Assembly: GCA_965267335.1 (NCBI GenBank)
Contig: OZ253953.1
Location: forward strand, 3,994,662 to 4,058,661
DNA length: 64,000 nt
Origin: Cytophagales bacterium
Lineage (GTDB): Bacteria; Bacteroidota; Bacteroidia; Cytophagales; JAAEPT01
Direction: 5' to 3'
Below, in pieces: positions 54,750 through 64,000 of this stretch. Each line of letters starts with the position of its first letter. The stretch's first letter is position 1. The notes beneath the pieces were generated by a model. The model made no database searches. It saw only the letters and a list, made by a program, of their open reading frames with translations, and was not told the origin of the DNA. The position numbers and the translations under genes are program-made.

Positions 54750-54847
54750 GTCGTCATCGCGAGGGAGGAACGACCGTGGCGATCTGCATATTCAGAGGTC
54801 GTCAAGATTGCAGATTGCTTCTCCCGCAAAGCGGGATCGCAATGACA
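54750..54847. repeat. inverted pair of GTCAT-ended hairpin elements
   Basis: The left element is GTCGTCATCGCgagggaggaacgaccgtgGCGATctgca. The right element is tgcagATTGCttcTCCCGCaaaGCGGGAtcGCAATGAC. Each folds on itself (atcgc/gcgat; attgc/gcaat plus tcccgc/gcggga). The two face each other. Confidence 0.7.
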
Positions 54848-54858
54848 GTTCCAGTGAA

Positions 54859-56502
54859 TTAATCCACATTATCATGAAGAAACTTATTATTCCCCAAGAT
54901 TTCATTATCGTCATTCAGGTTGTACCGTGACACTTCATTCTCCGAAGAGTGTGGCACGTCCTTCAGTGTTACGTTCTTTCTTTTATAAGCAGGAATCTCC
55001 AGCCTTTCCTTAAACTCATCAGGGTCCATGTTGGTATCATTGATCCCTTTGAGTCGCTGAACACGCTCTTTACTCTGCTTATCCAATGCTCTTTTCTTCG
55101 CTTCTAGGTCCTCACTACCATCACGGTTGTAGGTAATGCCTGTTCTCTGCTCCGAACTATGTCTTTCAGGTGTAATCATTGGCTGCGAGTGGGCTGATTC
55201 GTCAGTAACATCAGTGATTTCATAATCACCATCAATCTTGAAAATCACCTTTCCCTCGCTAGTTGAAGGCTCATTGTAGTCGGTATTCTCAGCTTCTGAA
55301 GCCTTGTTCATCGAAGATTCTTCGCTCTGTTGAGAGAATAAATCCGGTTGTTCAAATCTATTCTCTTCACGTTTAGGCTCCTCCCTTTGCTGAGGCCTCT
55401 CAAATGAATAACCCGTTCTCGTAGGTCGGTTGGTTTGAGTAAAAGACTTGGGCTGTTCCTCTGCTTTGTTCTCAATCTGCTGGTTAGTCTCCAGATCAAA
55501 AACGGTTTTTTGAGCAGGTTTCTGGCTAAACTCCTTTTCATCAAATCCGGTAGCTATCAAAGTCACCCGACAAGCACCACCCAACTCGGTATCGATGCCT
55601 TGACCGAAAATAACATCGGCACCCGAACCTGCTTTATCTTCGATGTAGTCGGTGATCTCGGTCAACTCATCCATAGTCAACTCCGCCTGATCACCATAGG
55701 TGATAGACAACAGAATATTTTTAGCACCCTTGATATCGGTATTATCCAGTAAAGGAGAGCTAATCGCATCCTCCACCGCCCTACGGGCTCTGTTTTCACC
55801 TTCCGCTACAGCCGATCCCATTACTGCTGCACCACTGTTTTTCATAACAGCCTTCACATCCTGGAAGTCAACATTGACCTCACTGGTAACGGTAATGATT
55901 TCTGCTATACTTTTAGCCGCTGTGGTCAACACGTTATCAGCTCTTGAGAAGGCATCTCGAATCGAAAGGTTCCCGAATACTTCTCGAAGCTTATCGTTTG
56001 AGATAACCAGCACGGTATCACAATGTTCTCTCATCTGGTCGATACCTGCCTGGGCAAATTGTGCTTTTTTCTTTCCTTCAAACGAGAAAGGTGCAGTCAC
56101 AATACCCACCGTTAGTATATTGAGCTCCCGGGCTACACTCGCAATTACCGGTGCTGCTCCTGTACCTGTACCACCACCCATTCCGGCAGTGATAAACACC
56201 ATTTTGGTATCGGTACTCAGTAGCTCACGAATTTCTTCTTTGTTTTCCAGGGCTGCATTCATCCCAACATCTGGATTGGCACCTGCCCCCAGTCCTTCGG
56301 TCAACGTGGGACCGATCTGAAGTTTGGTTGGCACCTGACTCCCCTTCAGGGCCTGAGCATCAGTATTACAAATGACGAATTCCACGTCTTTGATACCCTG
56401 GTTAAACATGTGCGTTACCGCATTGCTACCACCTCCTCCTACGCCAACAACCTTAATGATCGACTTGTGGTGCGCGGGTATGTCAAATTTATAACTATCC
56501 AT
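54859..56502 (-). CDS. ftsZ: cell division GTPase FtsZ
   Basis: 547 aa. Tubulin signature GGGTGTGAAPV. A long Q/E/P-rich linker precedes a conserved C-terminal peptide. Confidence 0.97.
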   Translation of the reverse strand: MDSYKFDIPAHHKSIIKVVGVGGGGSNAVTHMFNQGIKDVEFVICNTDAQALKGSQVPTKLQIGPTLTEGLGAGANPDVGMNAALENKEEIRELLSTDTKMVFITAGMGGGTGTGAAPVIASVARELNILTVGIVTAPFSFEGKKKAQFAQAGIDQMREHCDTVLVISNDKLREVFGNLSIRDAFSRADNVLTTAAKSIAEIITVTSEVNVDFQDVKAVMKNSGAAVMGSAVAEGENRARRAVEDAISSPLLDNTDIKGAKNILLSITYGDQAELTMDELTEITDYIEDKAGSGADVIFGQGIDTELGGACRVTLIATGFDEKEFSQKPAQKTVFDLETNQQIENKAEEQPKSFTQTNRPTRTGYSFERPQQREEPKREENRFEQPDLFSQQSEESSMNKASEAENTDYNEPSTSEGKVIFKIDGDYEITDVTDESAHSQPMITPERHSSEQRTGITYNRDGSEDLEAKKRALDKQSKERVQRLKGINDTNMDPDEFKERLEIPAYKRKNVTLKDVPHSSENEVSRYNLNDDNEILGNNKFLHDNVD

Positions 56503-56567
56503 AGTTCTTAAATTTTCAAGTCTTAATTACCAACTCCTGCCTCAAAAGCTGGTCGTAGGCTTTAATT

Positions 56568-56620
56568 CTCTCTCCTTGTCTTTAAAGATTTCTCCCTCCG
56601 GTCGAAATGACAAGAGAGAG
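56568..56620. repeat. GTCAT-ended hairpin element in the ftsA-ftsZ spacer
   Basis: The sequence is ctctctccttgtc tttaaagATTTCtccctccggtcGAAATgacaagagagag. The reverse complement contains TTGTCATTTCGACCGGAGGGAGAAATC. Confidence 0.65.
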
Positions 56621-56651
56621 CTACCGACATTGAAGAGCCAATTATTTCCTA

Positions 56652-57983
56652 CTAGTAATCTTTTTTATCGTCAAAGTCATCGATCAAAAGCCCCTTGGTT
56701 TTATCCAATAGGTTTTTGAATACTGACTTACCATTATCTTTTTTCAATACTTTATTTCCTGCTACTGAATCTCTAAATTCTGAGTAGCGATTATCTCGTT
56801 CATCAATAGCCCTAAATCCACCAAGTACCAATCCAACACCAGTTGCGTACATAGGTGACTTCACTGCTTCAATCTTGCTCTTGCCCAGGTGCTCGTTCGG
56901 ATAACCGATTCGCGCATCCATTCCGGTCATATATTCAAACAGTTGCTTCACGCCTTGCAGCTGTGCGCCCCCACCAGTGATCACCATACCTCCGGCAAGT
57001 TTGTCTCCATATCCGGAGCAGATCACCTCCGCGTGAGCCAACTCAATAATCTCCTGCATCCTTGCTTCGATGATAAAGGCCAGGTTCTTTACGGAAATCT
57101 CTTTTGGAGGCCTGTTTCTCAATCCTGGAATTGATACAATCTCATTAGGACTTGCCTCTTCTGCGATAGCTCTTCCGAACTTCACTTTAAGTTGTTCCGC
57201 CTGATGATGCATGACCGTACAACCTTCTTTGATGTCGGAGGTAATGATGTTACCACCAAACGGAATAACTGCTGTGTGCCTGATAATACCATCGTGGAAT
57301 ACCGCAATATCCGTAGTACCGCCACCAATGTCGACCAATACAACTCCAGCTTCTTTTTCTTCTTCACTTAATACCGACATACTGGAAGCAATAGGCTCCA
57401 AAATCAAGTTAGTGATTATCAATTCTTTTCCGTTGCTACCTTCAGCCCGTTTCACACATTTGTTGATGTTCGAAATAGCACTGGTATGTGCAGTAATCAC
57501 ATGAAAATCAGCTTCCAGACGCACACCTGCCATACCAACAGGATCTTTGATAGGATCACCATAATCGACACTGTAATCCTGTGGCATTACATGAATAATC
57601 TCATTGCCCGGAGGCGTCACAATTTTGTACATGTCGTTGGATAGCCTTTCTACATCCTCAACACCTACCTCACCATCCTTTGAATCCCGGATGATACTTC
57701 CATGATGCATCGAACTTTTGATGTGCTGTCCGGCAATACCGACATTCACCTCTCCGATACTGATACCGGATTGTTCTTCTGCTTCACGAAGTGCTTTGTT
57801 AATAGCATTTACTGTCTTCTCAATATTGGTTACCATACCGCGGATAACCCCTTCAGAAACTGCTTTCCCCATCCCGAGGATTTCCAGCTTTCCGAATTCG
57901 TTTTTCTTTCCAACGATGACTACAATTTTCGTGGTTCCTATATCAAGACCGACTACAATTTTTTCCTGTTCCATATTATTCAC
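56652..57983 (-). CDS. ftsA: cell division protein FtsA
   Basis: 443 aa with an actin-like ATPase fold. Motifs: VGLDIGTTKIVVIVG, VDIGGGTTDIAVF. Confidence 0.95.
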   Translation of the reverse strand: MNNMEQEKIVVGLDIGTTKIVVIVGKKNEFGKLEILGMGKAVSEGVIRGMVTNIEKTVNAINKALREAEEQSGISIGEVNVGIAGQHIKSSMHHGSIIRDSKDGEVGVEDVERLSNDMYKIVTPPGNEIIHVMPQDYSVDYGDPIKDPVGMAGVRLEADFHVITAHTSAISNINKCVKRAEGSNGKELIITNLILEPIASSMSVLSEEEKEAGVVLVDIGGGTTDIAVFHDGIIRHTAVIPFGGNIITSDIKEGCTVMHHQAEQLKVKFGRAIAEEASPNEIVSIPGLRNRPPKEISVKNLAFIIEARMQEIIELAHAEVICSGYGDKLAGGMVITGGGAQLQGVKQLFEYMTGMDARIGYPNEHLGKSKIEAVKSPMYATGVGLVLGGFRAIDERDNRYSEFRDSVAGNKVLKKDNGKSVFKNLLDKTKGLLIDDFDDKKDY

Positions 57984-58740
57984 AGACTATTTGATTCTTG
58001 TATCCGACATTTACTTTACTGTAATAGTTGTATCCTTTATCCAAAAGGATCTTCCTATAGAATATTTTTATCCTCTCCAACTTCTCAGTAAGATCAGTCG
58101 GTTTTCCAAATTCCACTACCTGTTTTGACATTTGCATATGCATTTGAATGTCACCATCCTTCTTCACATGCAGTTGAGATATCAGCTTGTTAAGAAATTC
58201 ATCTTTTTCAATTGCTCTTATCAGTTCAAAAAGTGCTGATCTTTGGGGATCATCCTCGCTACCAGCAAAATAATTATCGACCACTGCTCCGGTGATCATG
58301 GGTACGCGAGCGGAAAACCTTTTGGAAGGGGGGAGACAATTTCCTTTACTTCCCAGGTAGAAGGAAGTATCGTGTTGCAAAACCCTGGCTATCGGTTTCC
58401 GCTGTCTCACTTTTACTATCAGATTCCCTTTAAGATCCCTGTAAACTTGCGCGCTTTCAACAAATTTATCCCTTTTTATAGCGTTTTCTAGCGCTTTTAC
58501 ACTGATGTTATCCACATTTTCACCAACCACTTTTTGTCTTCCATTGTGGGTAACTATATTCTCTATATCCGTCCTGTGCACAAAATGACTCTTGTATTTC
58601 GGATAGATTCGGATATCCATTTTTTCGATGATCCGGCCTCCCTGATTCTTCTCGGTAAAGCCAATGATTCCCATCAGGACAACCAATCCGAGGATGACCT
58701 TTACTCCTTTCTTGAGCTTTATTTTGGGTTTCTTAGGCAT
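57976..58740 (-). CDS. ftsQ: cell division protein FtsQ (POTRA-containing)
   Basis: 254 aa with an N-terminal TM anchor. It sits between murC and ftsA and overlaps each by 8 nt. Confidence 0.8.
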   Translation of the reverse strand: MPKKPKIKLKKGVKVILGLVVLMGIIGFTEKNQGGRIIEKMDIRIYPKYKSHFVHRTDIENIVTHNGRQKVVGENVDNISVKALENAIKRDKFVESAQVYRDLKGNLIVKVRQRKPIARVLQHDTSFYLGSKGNCLPPSKRFSARVPMITGAVVDNYFAGSEDDPQRSALFELIRAIEKDEFLNKLISQLHVKKDGDIQMHMQMSKQVVEFGKPTDLTEKLERIKIFYRKILLDKGYNYYSKVNVGYKNQIVCE

Positions 58741-60130
58741 ATACTTTCTCTTCTAATGCTTTTTTTATCGGTTTTACCAATCGATCAATATCACCTGCTC
58801 CACAAGTGGCCAGCACGTCCCAGCTACTATTCATCACATGGTCAACTACCTGATCTTTAGCTATTAAAACCTTATCCTTGATATCAATTTTCTTGAGTAG
58901 TGCTTCAGCAGTAATTCCTTCAATTGGCTTCTCTCTTGCCGGATAAATATCCAGGAGCACTAATGCATTAACCTTGGATAGCACCCTTGCAAATTCTTCC
59001 ATAAAATCTCTTGTTCGTGAAAACAAGTGTGGCTGGAAGATCACCTTCAGTTTCCTTCCGGGGAACATTGCTTTAGCTGAGGTAATAAAGGCTTCCAGCT
59101 CCTGTGGGTGGTGTGCATAGTCATCGATGTACACCATTTTATCCTCTTTAACGATGTAGTCAAACCTTCTTTTTACTCCTTTATAGTCTTCTATAGCTGC
59201 TTTCACCTTATCAGCCGGAACTCCCATCAATAGTGCTGTGGATATGGCGCCAACGGCATTTTCAACATTATGATGACCGGGAAGTTGCAATCTGATTCCC
59301 GTAATCACTTCGTCCATACCATCATAGTCGAAGATGTATTCTCCGTTCTGAATCCTAAGGTTGTGCCCATAGTTTTCACCTTTATTCAGGCCATAGGTAT
59401 AGTAATTCAACCCCGATCGAACTTTTTTGAAATCGCTTTCAATGTTGGTGTTATAAATCAGACTGCCACCTTCTTTGATACATTTGACGAATTCTCTGAA
59501 GGTGTCTTCGAAGTCTTTTTCGTCTTTATAAATATCGAGATGGTCTGCATCGATAGTGGTGATAAGCGAAACATCCGGATTGAGTCGTAGGAAGGATCTG
59601 TCGTATTCGTCTGCCTCCATGACGACAACGGTGTCTTTCTTTGTAGTTTCATCTAGCAATAGGTTTGAGTTATAGTTTTTGGTAATGCCACCCACAAATG
59701 CCGAACATTTGAAACCGGAATGCTTCAAAATGTGTGCAACCATGGATGTGGTAGTTGTCTTGCCATGAGTACCGGCTATGGCAATACTTTTGAAGTCTGC
59801 GGTGATCATACCCAGGACTTCAGATCTCTTTTTAACTGTAAAGCCGGCTCCTTGTAAAAAATTAAGCTCTTTATGATCCTCCGGAATAGCCGGAGTATAG
59901 ATGATCAGCGTATCTACTTTGCTTTTTGTAACCTGAGCAGGTATCAAATCAGGATCATCATCATAGTGTACCGATATATTTTCAGCCACCAATGCCTGCG
60001 TAAGCTCTGATTCGGTTTTGTCATAACCGGCTACGTAGTAGCCATTGGCTTTGAACCATCGAGCCAACGCACTCATACCGATACCACCGATACCTATAAG
60101 ATAGACGCTATTTATATCTTTTAATTTCAA
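58733..60130 (-). CDS. murC: UDP-N-acetylmuramate--L-alanine ligase
   Basis: 465 aa. Motifs: IGIGGIGMSALA, GTHGKTTTTSM. Confidence 0.95.
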   Translation of the reverse strand: MKLKDINSVYLIGIGGIGMSALARWFKANGYYVAGYDKTESELTQALVAENISVHYDDDPDLIPAQVTKSKVDTLIIYTPAIPEDHKELNFLQGAGFTVKKRSEVLGMITADFKSIAIAGTHGKTTTTSMVAHILKHSGFKCSAFVGGITKNYNSNLLLDETTKKDTVVVMEADEYDRSFLRLNPDVSLITTIDADHLDIYKDEKDFEDTFREFVKCIKEGGSLIYNTNIESDFKKVRSGLNYYTYGLNKGENYGHNLRIQNGEYIFDYDGMDEVITGIRLQLPGHHNVENAVGAISTALLMGVPADKVKAAIEDYKGVKRRFDYIVKEDKMVYIDDYAHHPQELEAFITSAKAMFPGRKLKVIFQPHLFSRTRDFMEEFARVLSKVNALVLLDIYPAREKPIEGITAEALLKKIDIKDKVLIAKDQVVDHVMNSSWDVLATCGAGDIDRLVKPIKKALEEKVYA

Positions 60131-60166
60131 TTAGTGTAAGTTCTTATAACACCATAAGAAACAAAT

Positions 60167-60378
60167 CTGTCATTCTGAACAACAGGTGAAGAATGAAGAA
60201 ATAGATTAATATGTCTCGATTCAATTCTCATTTATATCATTGTCAGGTTAAACCTATAGGGTTCCCAGTTTGTCATTTCCGCTGTATTCAGCTCTCTTGC
60301 TGCACAAGAAGGAAATTTTATACTGTTATTCACCTTCAAGTGATTATTCTCAACGCTACGCTCAGAACGAAATGACAG
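60167..60378. repeat. 212-bp composite, MITE-like element bounded by inverted CTGTCATT termini
   Basis: The left end is ctgtcattctgaac. The reverse complement of the right end is ctgtcatttcgttctgagc. Internal copies or hairpins lie at 60171-60196 (tcattc/gaatga) and 60271-60318 (tgtcatttcc...ggaaat). The element occupies most of the 278-bp murC-murG spacer. Confidence 0.55.
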
Positions 60379-60408
60379 GTACGGATTTAGTTTAACCATT
60401 TTCATTTT

Positions 60409-61536
60409 TCATCTTTTTATAATCGACAAAGCATGTTCAGCGATCTCCTTAGCCGCATATGGCTTACCCATCTTTACAATATTCGCTGAAAGCTCTTTCT
60501 GCTTTTCTTCGTTTTTTATTAAGGCCAGCACTTCATCAACCAACTTATCCTTTGCCTCTACATCCTTGACCATTATGGCTGCGTTTTCCTGTACCAATGA
60601 CATAGCATTCATGGTCTGATGATCTTCAGCAACATTGGGTGAAGGAACTAAAATTGCCGGCTTATGCACCAGGCATAGCTCAGAAATTGACAGTGCCCCT
60701 GCTCTTGAGATAACAACATCGGCCGCAGCATAGGCCAGGTCCATTTCATAAATAAACTCATGCGCATAAATTCCTTTATCCTCTTTCCCTTTCACTGCTT
60801 CCAACCCCTCTTCCTTGTACCACTTACCTGTCTGCCACAGAAGTTGCACTCCTGCGTCTTCAATTCTGGATAAACCATCACTAAGCGTATGATTCAGGGT
60901 GCGAGCCCCCAAGCTTCCCCCAACACTCAAGATGGTCTTTTTCTTAGCGCTCAAACCAAAATGCTTAAGAGCTTCCTCTCGCTTGGTGTCTATTTGGAGA
61001 ATATCTTTCCTTACAGGATTACCTGTAAATATGATCTTATCAGCTGGGAAGTATTTTTCCATTCCAGAATAAGCCACACATATTTTTTTCACTCTCTTCG
61101 AAAGCCATTTATTGGTCTTTCCTGCGAATGAGTTTTGTTCCTGAATCAATCCCGGAACTCCCAGTCCGGTTGCCGCTCTAAGCAATGGTCCGCTGGCATA
61201 GCCACCTACACCGATTGCGACATCGGGCTTAAAGTCTTTCACAATTTTTTTCGCCATCGACATGCTCTTCATGAGCTTAAAGGGAAACTGTAGATTCTTC
61301 CAAATAGCCGACAGACTAAAACTTCTTTGAATACCTGACACTGGCAATCCTATAATCTCGTATCCGGCCTTGGGCACTTTTTCCATCTCCATACGCCCCA
61401 ACGCACCCACGAACAGAATCTCCATGTCGGGATGAATATCCTTCAGTGCATTAGCTATGGCAATGGCCGGGTAGATATGCCCCCCGGTACCGCCTCCACT
61501 TATTATCGCTCTATATTTCCGGTTCGATTGGGACAT
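60409..61536 (-). CDS. murG: undecaprenyldiphospho-muramoylpentapeptide beta-N-acetylglucosaminyltransferase
   Basis: 375 aa with the motif SGGGTGGHIYPAIAIA. Confidence 0.95.
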   Translation of the reverse strand: MSQSNRKYRAIISGGGTGGHIYPAIAIANALKDIHPDMEILFVGALGRMEMEKVPKAGYEIIGLPVSGIQRSFSLSAIWKNLQFPFKLMKSMSMAKKIVKDFKPDVAIGVGGYASGPLLRAATGLGVPGLIQEQNSFAGKTNKWLSKRVKKICVAYSGMEKYFPADKIIFTGNPVRKDILQIDTKREEALKHFGLSAKKKTILSVGGSLGARTLNHTLSDGLSRIEDAGVQLLWQTGKWYKEEGLEAVKGKEDKGIYAHEFIYEMDLAYAAADVVISRAGALSISELCLVHKPAILVPSPNVAEDHQTMNAMSLVQENAAIMVKDVEAKDKLVDEVLALIKNEEKQKELSANIVKMGKPYAAKEIAEHALSIIKR

Positions 61537-62680
61537 TGTTGGCTTCTACAGTATTTAAATCTTCTTCATCTTCACCTGAACGACTCACGCTGAGAATGAT
61601 CCCAACGGTAATACAGGTAAAGAGCAATGACGTACCCCCTAAACTCAGGAATGGCAATGGAATACCGGTAGCCGGGGTCAAACCCACATTTACCGCCATA
61701 TGCGTCAAAGCCTGAATTACCAGCATAAAACTCAGACCAGCAGAAAGTAATCCACCAAAAGCCCTATCGCTTTTGGCGGCTACTTTCATACCCCTGTATA
61801 GTAGTGCTAGATAGAGGAATATTAGAGGGATCCCGAATACAGATCCCAAATCGTTATTAATCTTCGAGTATATATAATCGGAGAATCCAAGGAAGACGGT
61901 ATCATCCATAGGTCCATGACCTAAACCGTTTCCAAGTACACCTCCATTTGCGATGGCTACATAGGCTTGTCGCACCTGCGGCTCCATCTGTGCCGGGGTT
62001 ATACTTCCTGTAACCATATCCCACCACTCCTGTAATCTGGCAATTGCCGTAGGCAACCGTTGACCTATAGCCAGAAATATAAAGACCATGGTCAGACCAA
62101 GAACCAAAATGGTCATTAGCTGTTTCATTGGAACTCGTCCAATAAAGAAAATCACCAGACAGGTCATAAATAACTGCAGCGCTGATGAAAGGTCTGCTAA
62201 CGCAATCAACCCACAAATCAATCCGGTCCAGAACAGAATCGGATACAGCGTCACTCTCGCATCGTGAATATTATCCTGCCTTTTTGCCAGCATACTCGCG
62301 AGGTTAGCAATCAAGGCCAGTTTAGCAAAGTCAGATGTTTGAAAACTAAAGCCAGCTATATTCAACCAGCGAACTGCCTGATTGCGTTCTTCCCCAAACA
62401 TAAAAGTCAGAATCAACAGCACTACACTCAACAAAAGTGCGATCCTGGACAACCTGGAGTAGTATTTATAATTCAAATTATGGAATACCCATACTGCAAA
62501 CAGACCAAGCCCAAGGAAGAAAAATTGCTTAAACAATACCTTGGTACTATCTACCCCCGAATAAGTATTTGCAGCACTATACACCACGATTACTCCAATG
62601 AAACAAAGGAGTATAGTGATAGTCCAGATGACCGGATCACCTTTCAAATTACTTCTTATCCATGACTGGGCTTTTGTCAT
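61511..62680 (-). CDS. ftsW: FtsW/SEDS-family peptidoglycan glycosyltransferase
   Basis: 389 aa and multi-pass. It has the SEDS C-terminal motif PLPFLSLGGTSL. Its position in the dcw cluster supports the call. Confidence 0.9.
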   Translation of the reverse strand: MTKAQSWIRSNLKGDPVIWTITILLCFIGVIVVYSAANTYSGVDSTKVLFKQFFFLGLGLFAVWVFHNLNYKYYSRLSRIALLLSVVLLILTFMFGEERNQAVRWLNIAGFSFQTSDFAKLALIANLASMLAKRQDNIHDARVTLYPILFWTGLICGLIALADLSSALQLFMTCLVIFFIGRVPMKQLMTILVLGLTMVFIFLAIGQRLPTAIARLQEWWDMVTGSITPAQMEPQVRQAYVAIANGGVLGNGLGHGPMDDTVFLGFSDYIYSKINNDLGSVFGIPLIFLYLALLYRGMKVAAKSDRAFGGLLSAGLSFMLVIQALTHMAVNVGLTPATGIPLPFLSLGGTSLLFTCITVGIILSVSRSGEDEEDLNTVEANNVPIEPEI

Positions 62681-62683
62681 TCT

Positions 62684-64000
62684 TTACAGTGTAATAAAGT
62701 TTAGAAAACCACTTGGCTGTGACTTCTCCATTGCTTTCACAGCTTTTTTAAATTGATCTCCACGATCCTCATAGTTATTAAACAAGTCGAAACTTGCACA
62801 TGCAGGTGACAACAGTACTACTCCTTCACGATTGGCCAGTTCATTGGCCAAACGAACCGCCTCATTGACATCATCGGTTTCTACCAAAACCGGTACTTCT
62901 CCACCAAATGCCTTTTTTAGTTTTTCATTATCCTTTCCAAGGCAGATCAAAGCAGTGACTTTTTCATAGACCAACTCCTGAATTTCCGTATAGTCATTAC
63001 CTTTATCTACTCCACCAGCTATCCATACAATCGGACGTTGGTAGCTATCTAATGCGTATTTCACGGAATCAACGTTAGTTGCCTTGGAGTCATTGACATA
63101 AGTCACACGATTAATCATTGCCACTTCCTCCAATCGATGAGGTGCATTTCTGAAAGTGCCTAAGGCCTTGAAAATTACTTTTTCTTCCACTCCACTTGCG
63201 GTAGCTGCTAGTATAGCACACATGGTATTGATCATGTTGTGCTTACCACTCAATGAGGAAAGGTTCATATCCACCTTGAAGACCTTCGTAATGTGATTGT
63301 TGATGTTGAACAATAATGAGTTATCACTTACATAGGCTCCGTTGAGCATTCTGTCTTCGAGAGAAACGGCCAATTTAAATGCACCGATTTCTCTTTTGCC
63401 CAACTCCTCATGTACCACGGGATCATCGATAAATGAGATAAAATAATCGTCATTTGTCATGTTTCGAGTAATGCGGAACTTGCTGTCCACATACTCATGA
63501 AAATTATTGTTATATCTATCAAGGTGATCAGGTGTAATATTGAGAAGGACGGCCACATCCGCCTTAAATTCATACATTCCGTCTAGCTGAAAACTACTCA
63601 GTTCCAGTACATAGTATTCATTTTCATCATCAATAACCTGACGCGCCAGGCTCGTCCCCACATTTCCAGCCAAACCGACTTTAAGGCCTGCACTTTTCAT
63701 CAGGTGATGAGTCAACAACGTAGTGGTTGTCTTGCCATTACTTCCCGTTATGGCAACAAATTTCGCATCGGTATACTTCGAAGCAAACTCAATCTCAGAG
63801 ATCACGGGTATGTTTTTAGCCACCAGATTTTTTATCAGGGCTACATTGTCCGGAATCCCAGGGCTTTTCACGACTACATCTGTGTCGAAAATAATATCTT
63901 CAGTGTGCTTATTTTCCTCAAATGCAATTCCAGCTTGTGTGAGCTCGGATTTGTAATTGCCTTTGATTTCCCCTTTATCAGAGACAAATACCTCACAGCC
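62684..64000 (-). CDS. murD: UDP-N-acetylmuramoylalanine--D-glutamate ligase (partial: the 5' end is beyond the window)
   Basis: It has the motif ITGSNGKTTTT. The track's M at 63871 is an internal GTG (Val). The frame stays open to 64000: GCEVFVSDKGEIKGNYKSELTQAGIAFEENKHTEDIIFDTDVVVKSPGIPD. Confidence 0.9.
   Translation of the reverse strand, partial: GCEVFVSDKGEIKGNYKSELTQAGIAFEENKHTEDIIFDTDVVVKSPGIPDNVALIKNLVAKNIPVISEIEFASKYTDAKFVAITGSNGKTTTTLLTHHLMKSAGLKVGLAGNVGTSLARQVIDDENEYYVLELSSFQLDGMYEFKADVAVLLNITPDHLDRYNNNFHEYVDSKFRITRNMTNDDYFISFIDDPVVHEELGKREIGAFKLAVSLEDRMLNGAYVSDNSLLFNINNHITKVFKVDMNLSSLSGKHNMINTMCAILAATASGVEEKVIFKALGTFRNAPHRLEEVAMINRVTYVNDSKATNVDSVKYALDSYQRPIVWIAGGVDKGNDYTEIQELVYEKVTALICLGKDNEKLKKAFGGEVPVLVETDDVNEAVRLANELANREGVVLLSPACASFDLFNNYEDRGDQFKKAVKAMEKSQPSGFLNFITL

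Noticed and set aside
54859-55560. Long C-terminal extension of FtsZ (547 aa) as an anomaly
   Set aside because: Long disordered Q/E/P-rich linkers before the conserved C-terminal peptide are usual in Bacteroidota FtsZ, so this is not remarkable.
55308-58128. ORFs antisense to or overlapping ftsZ, ftsA and ftsQ (55308..55544, 55435..55752, 55700..56320, 56889..57134, 57211..57504, 57702..58128)
   Set aside because: They are shadows of strongly supported division genes. Their translations are Ala/Ser/Thr/Pro-rich or Cys/Phe-rich and show no motifs.
53192-60378. Whether the recurring hairpin repeats form a CRISPR array
   Set aside because: The copies are not identical and occur in both orientations. 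They are irregularly spaced and separated by whole genes. There are no cas genes.
1-64000. Prophage, integrative element, transposase, tRNA or rRNA genes
   Set aside because: No integrase, transposase or phage structural motifs appear in any ORF. I saw no tRNA-like or rRNA-like sequence in the intergenic regions I read. A dedicated tRNA or ncRNA scan would be needed to be certain.

Overview
This is a 64-kb chromosomal window from a Bacteroidota-type genome. The evidence is two T9SS C-terminal sorting domains and the gene families present. I did no search, so I cannot place the taxon more finely.

Housekeeping blocks:
- dcw cluster murD-ftsW-murG-murC-ftsQ-ftsA-ftsZ, minus strand, 54.9-64.0 kb, with murD cut by the window edge.
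- thrA-thrB-thrC, 28.8-33.5 kb.
- A tight minus-strand array at 12.9-17.4 kb: two lipoproteins, an EVE-domain gene, bcp, a hypothetical gene, pyrR and pyrB.
- PolX, a GT9 glycosyltransferase and a diheme cytochrome c, 17.5-21.3 kb.

Accessory content:
- Three CotH-kinase-family genes. The first (1..4141, minus strand) is missing from the supplied ORF track because its stop lies outside the window.
- An apparent operon joining a T9SS-exported LTD-CotH-LTD protein to a VTC (polyphosphate-polymerase-like) domain protein, a DUF4956 membrane protein, a DUF2490 outer-membrane barrel and a lipoprotein (6.7-12.8 kb). I rate this the best candidate for an undescribed system.
- An orphan SiaB/SiaC-like partner-switch pair between two CotH paralogs.
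- A secreted glycan-binding protein ending in a Hint (Hedgehog/intein-like) domain.
- Two clan GH-A glycosidases. One has its 3' end duplicated as a 54-bp direct repeat around a 613-bp insert carrying one ORF.
- An MBOAT gene with an SGNH-like partner.
- A 41-54.7 kb patch of regulators (AraC, MerR/TipAS, Crp/Fnr) and many short membrane or secreted ORFs of unknown family.
- A GIY-YIG nuclease gene bracketed by 49-nt direct repeats, next to a single-HKD PLD-like protein with two zinc ribbons.
- A family of GTCAT-ended hairpin elements filling the intergenic spacers from there into the dcw cluster.

I saw no rRNA, tRNA, CRISPR array, integrase or transposase. All family assignments come from reading motifs in the translations. 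None has been checked by a search.
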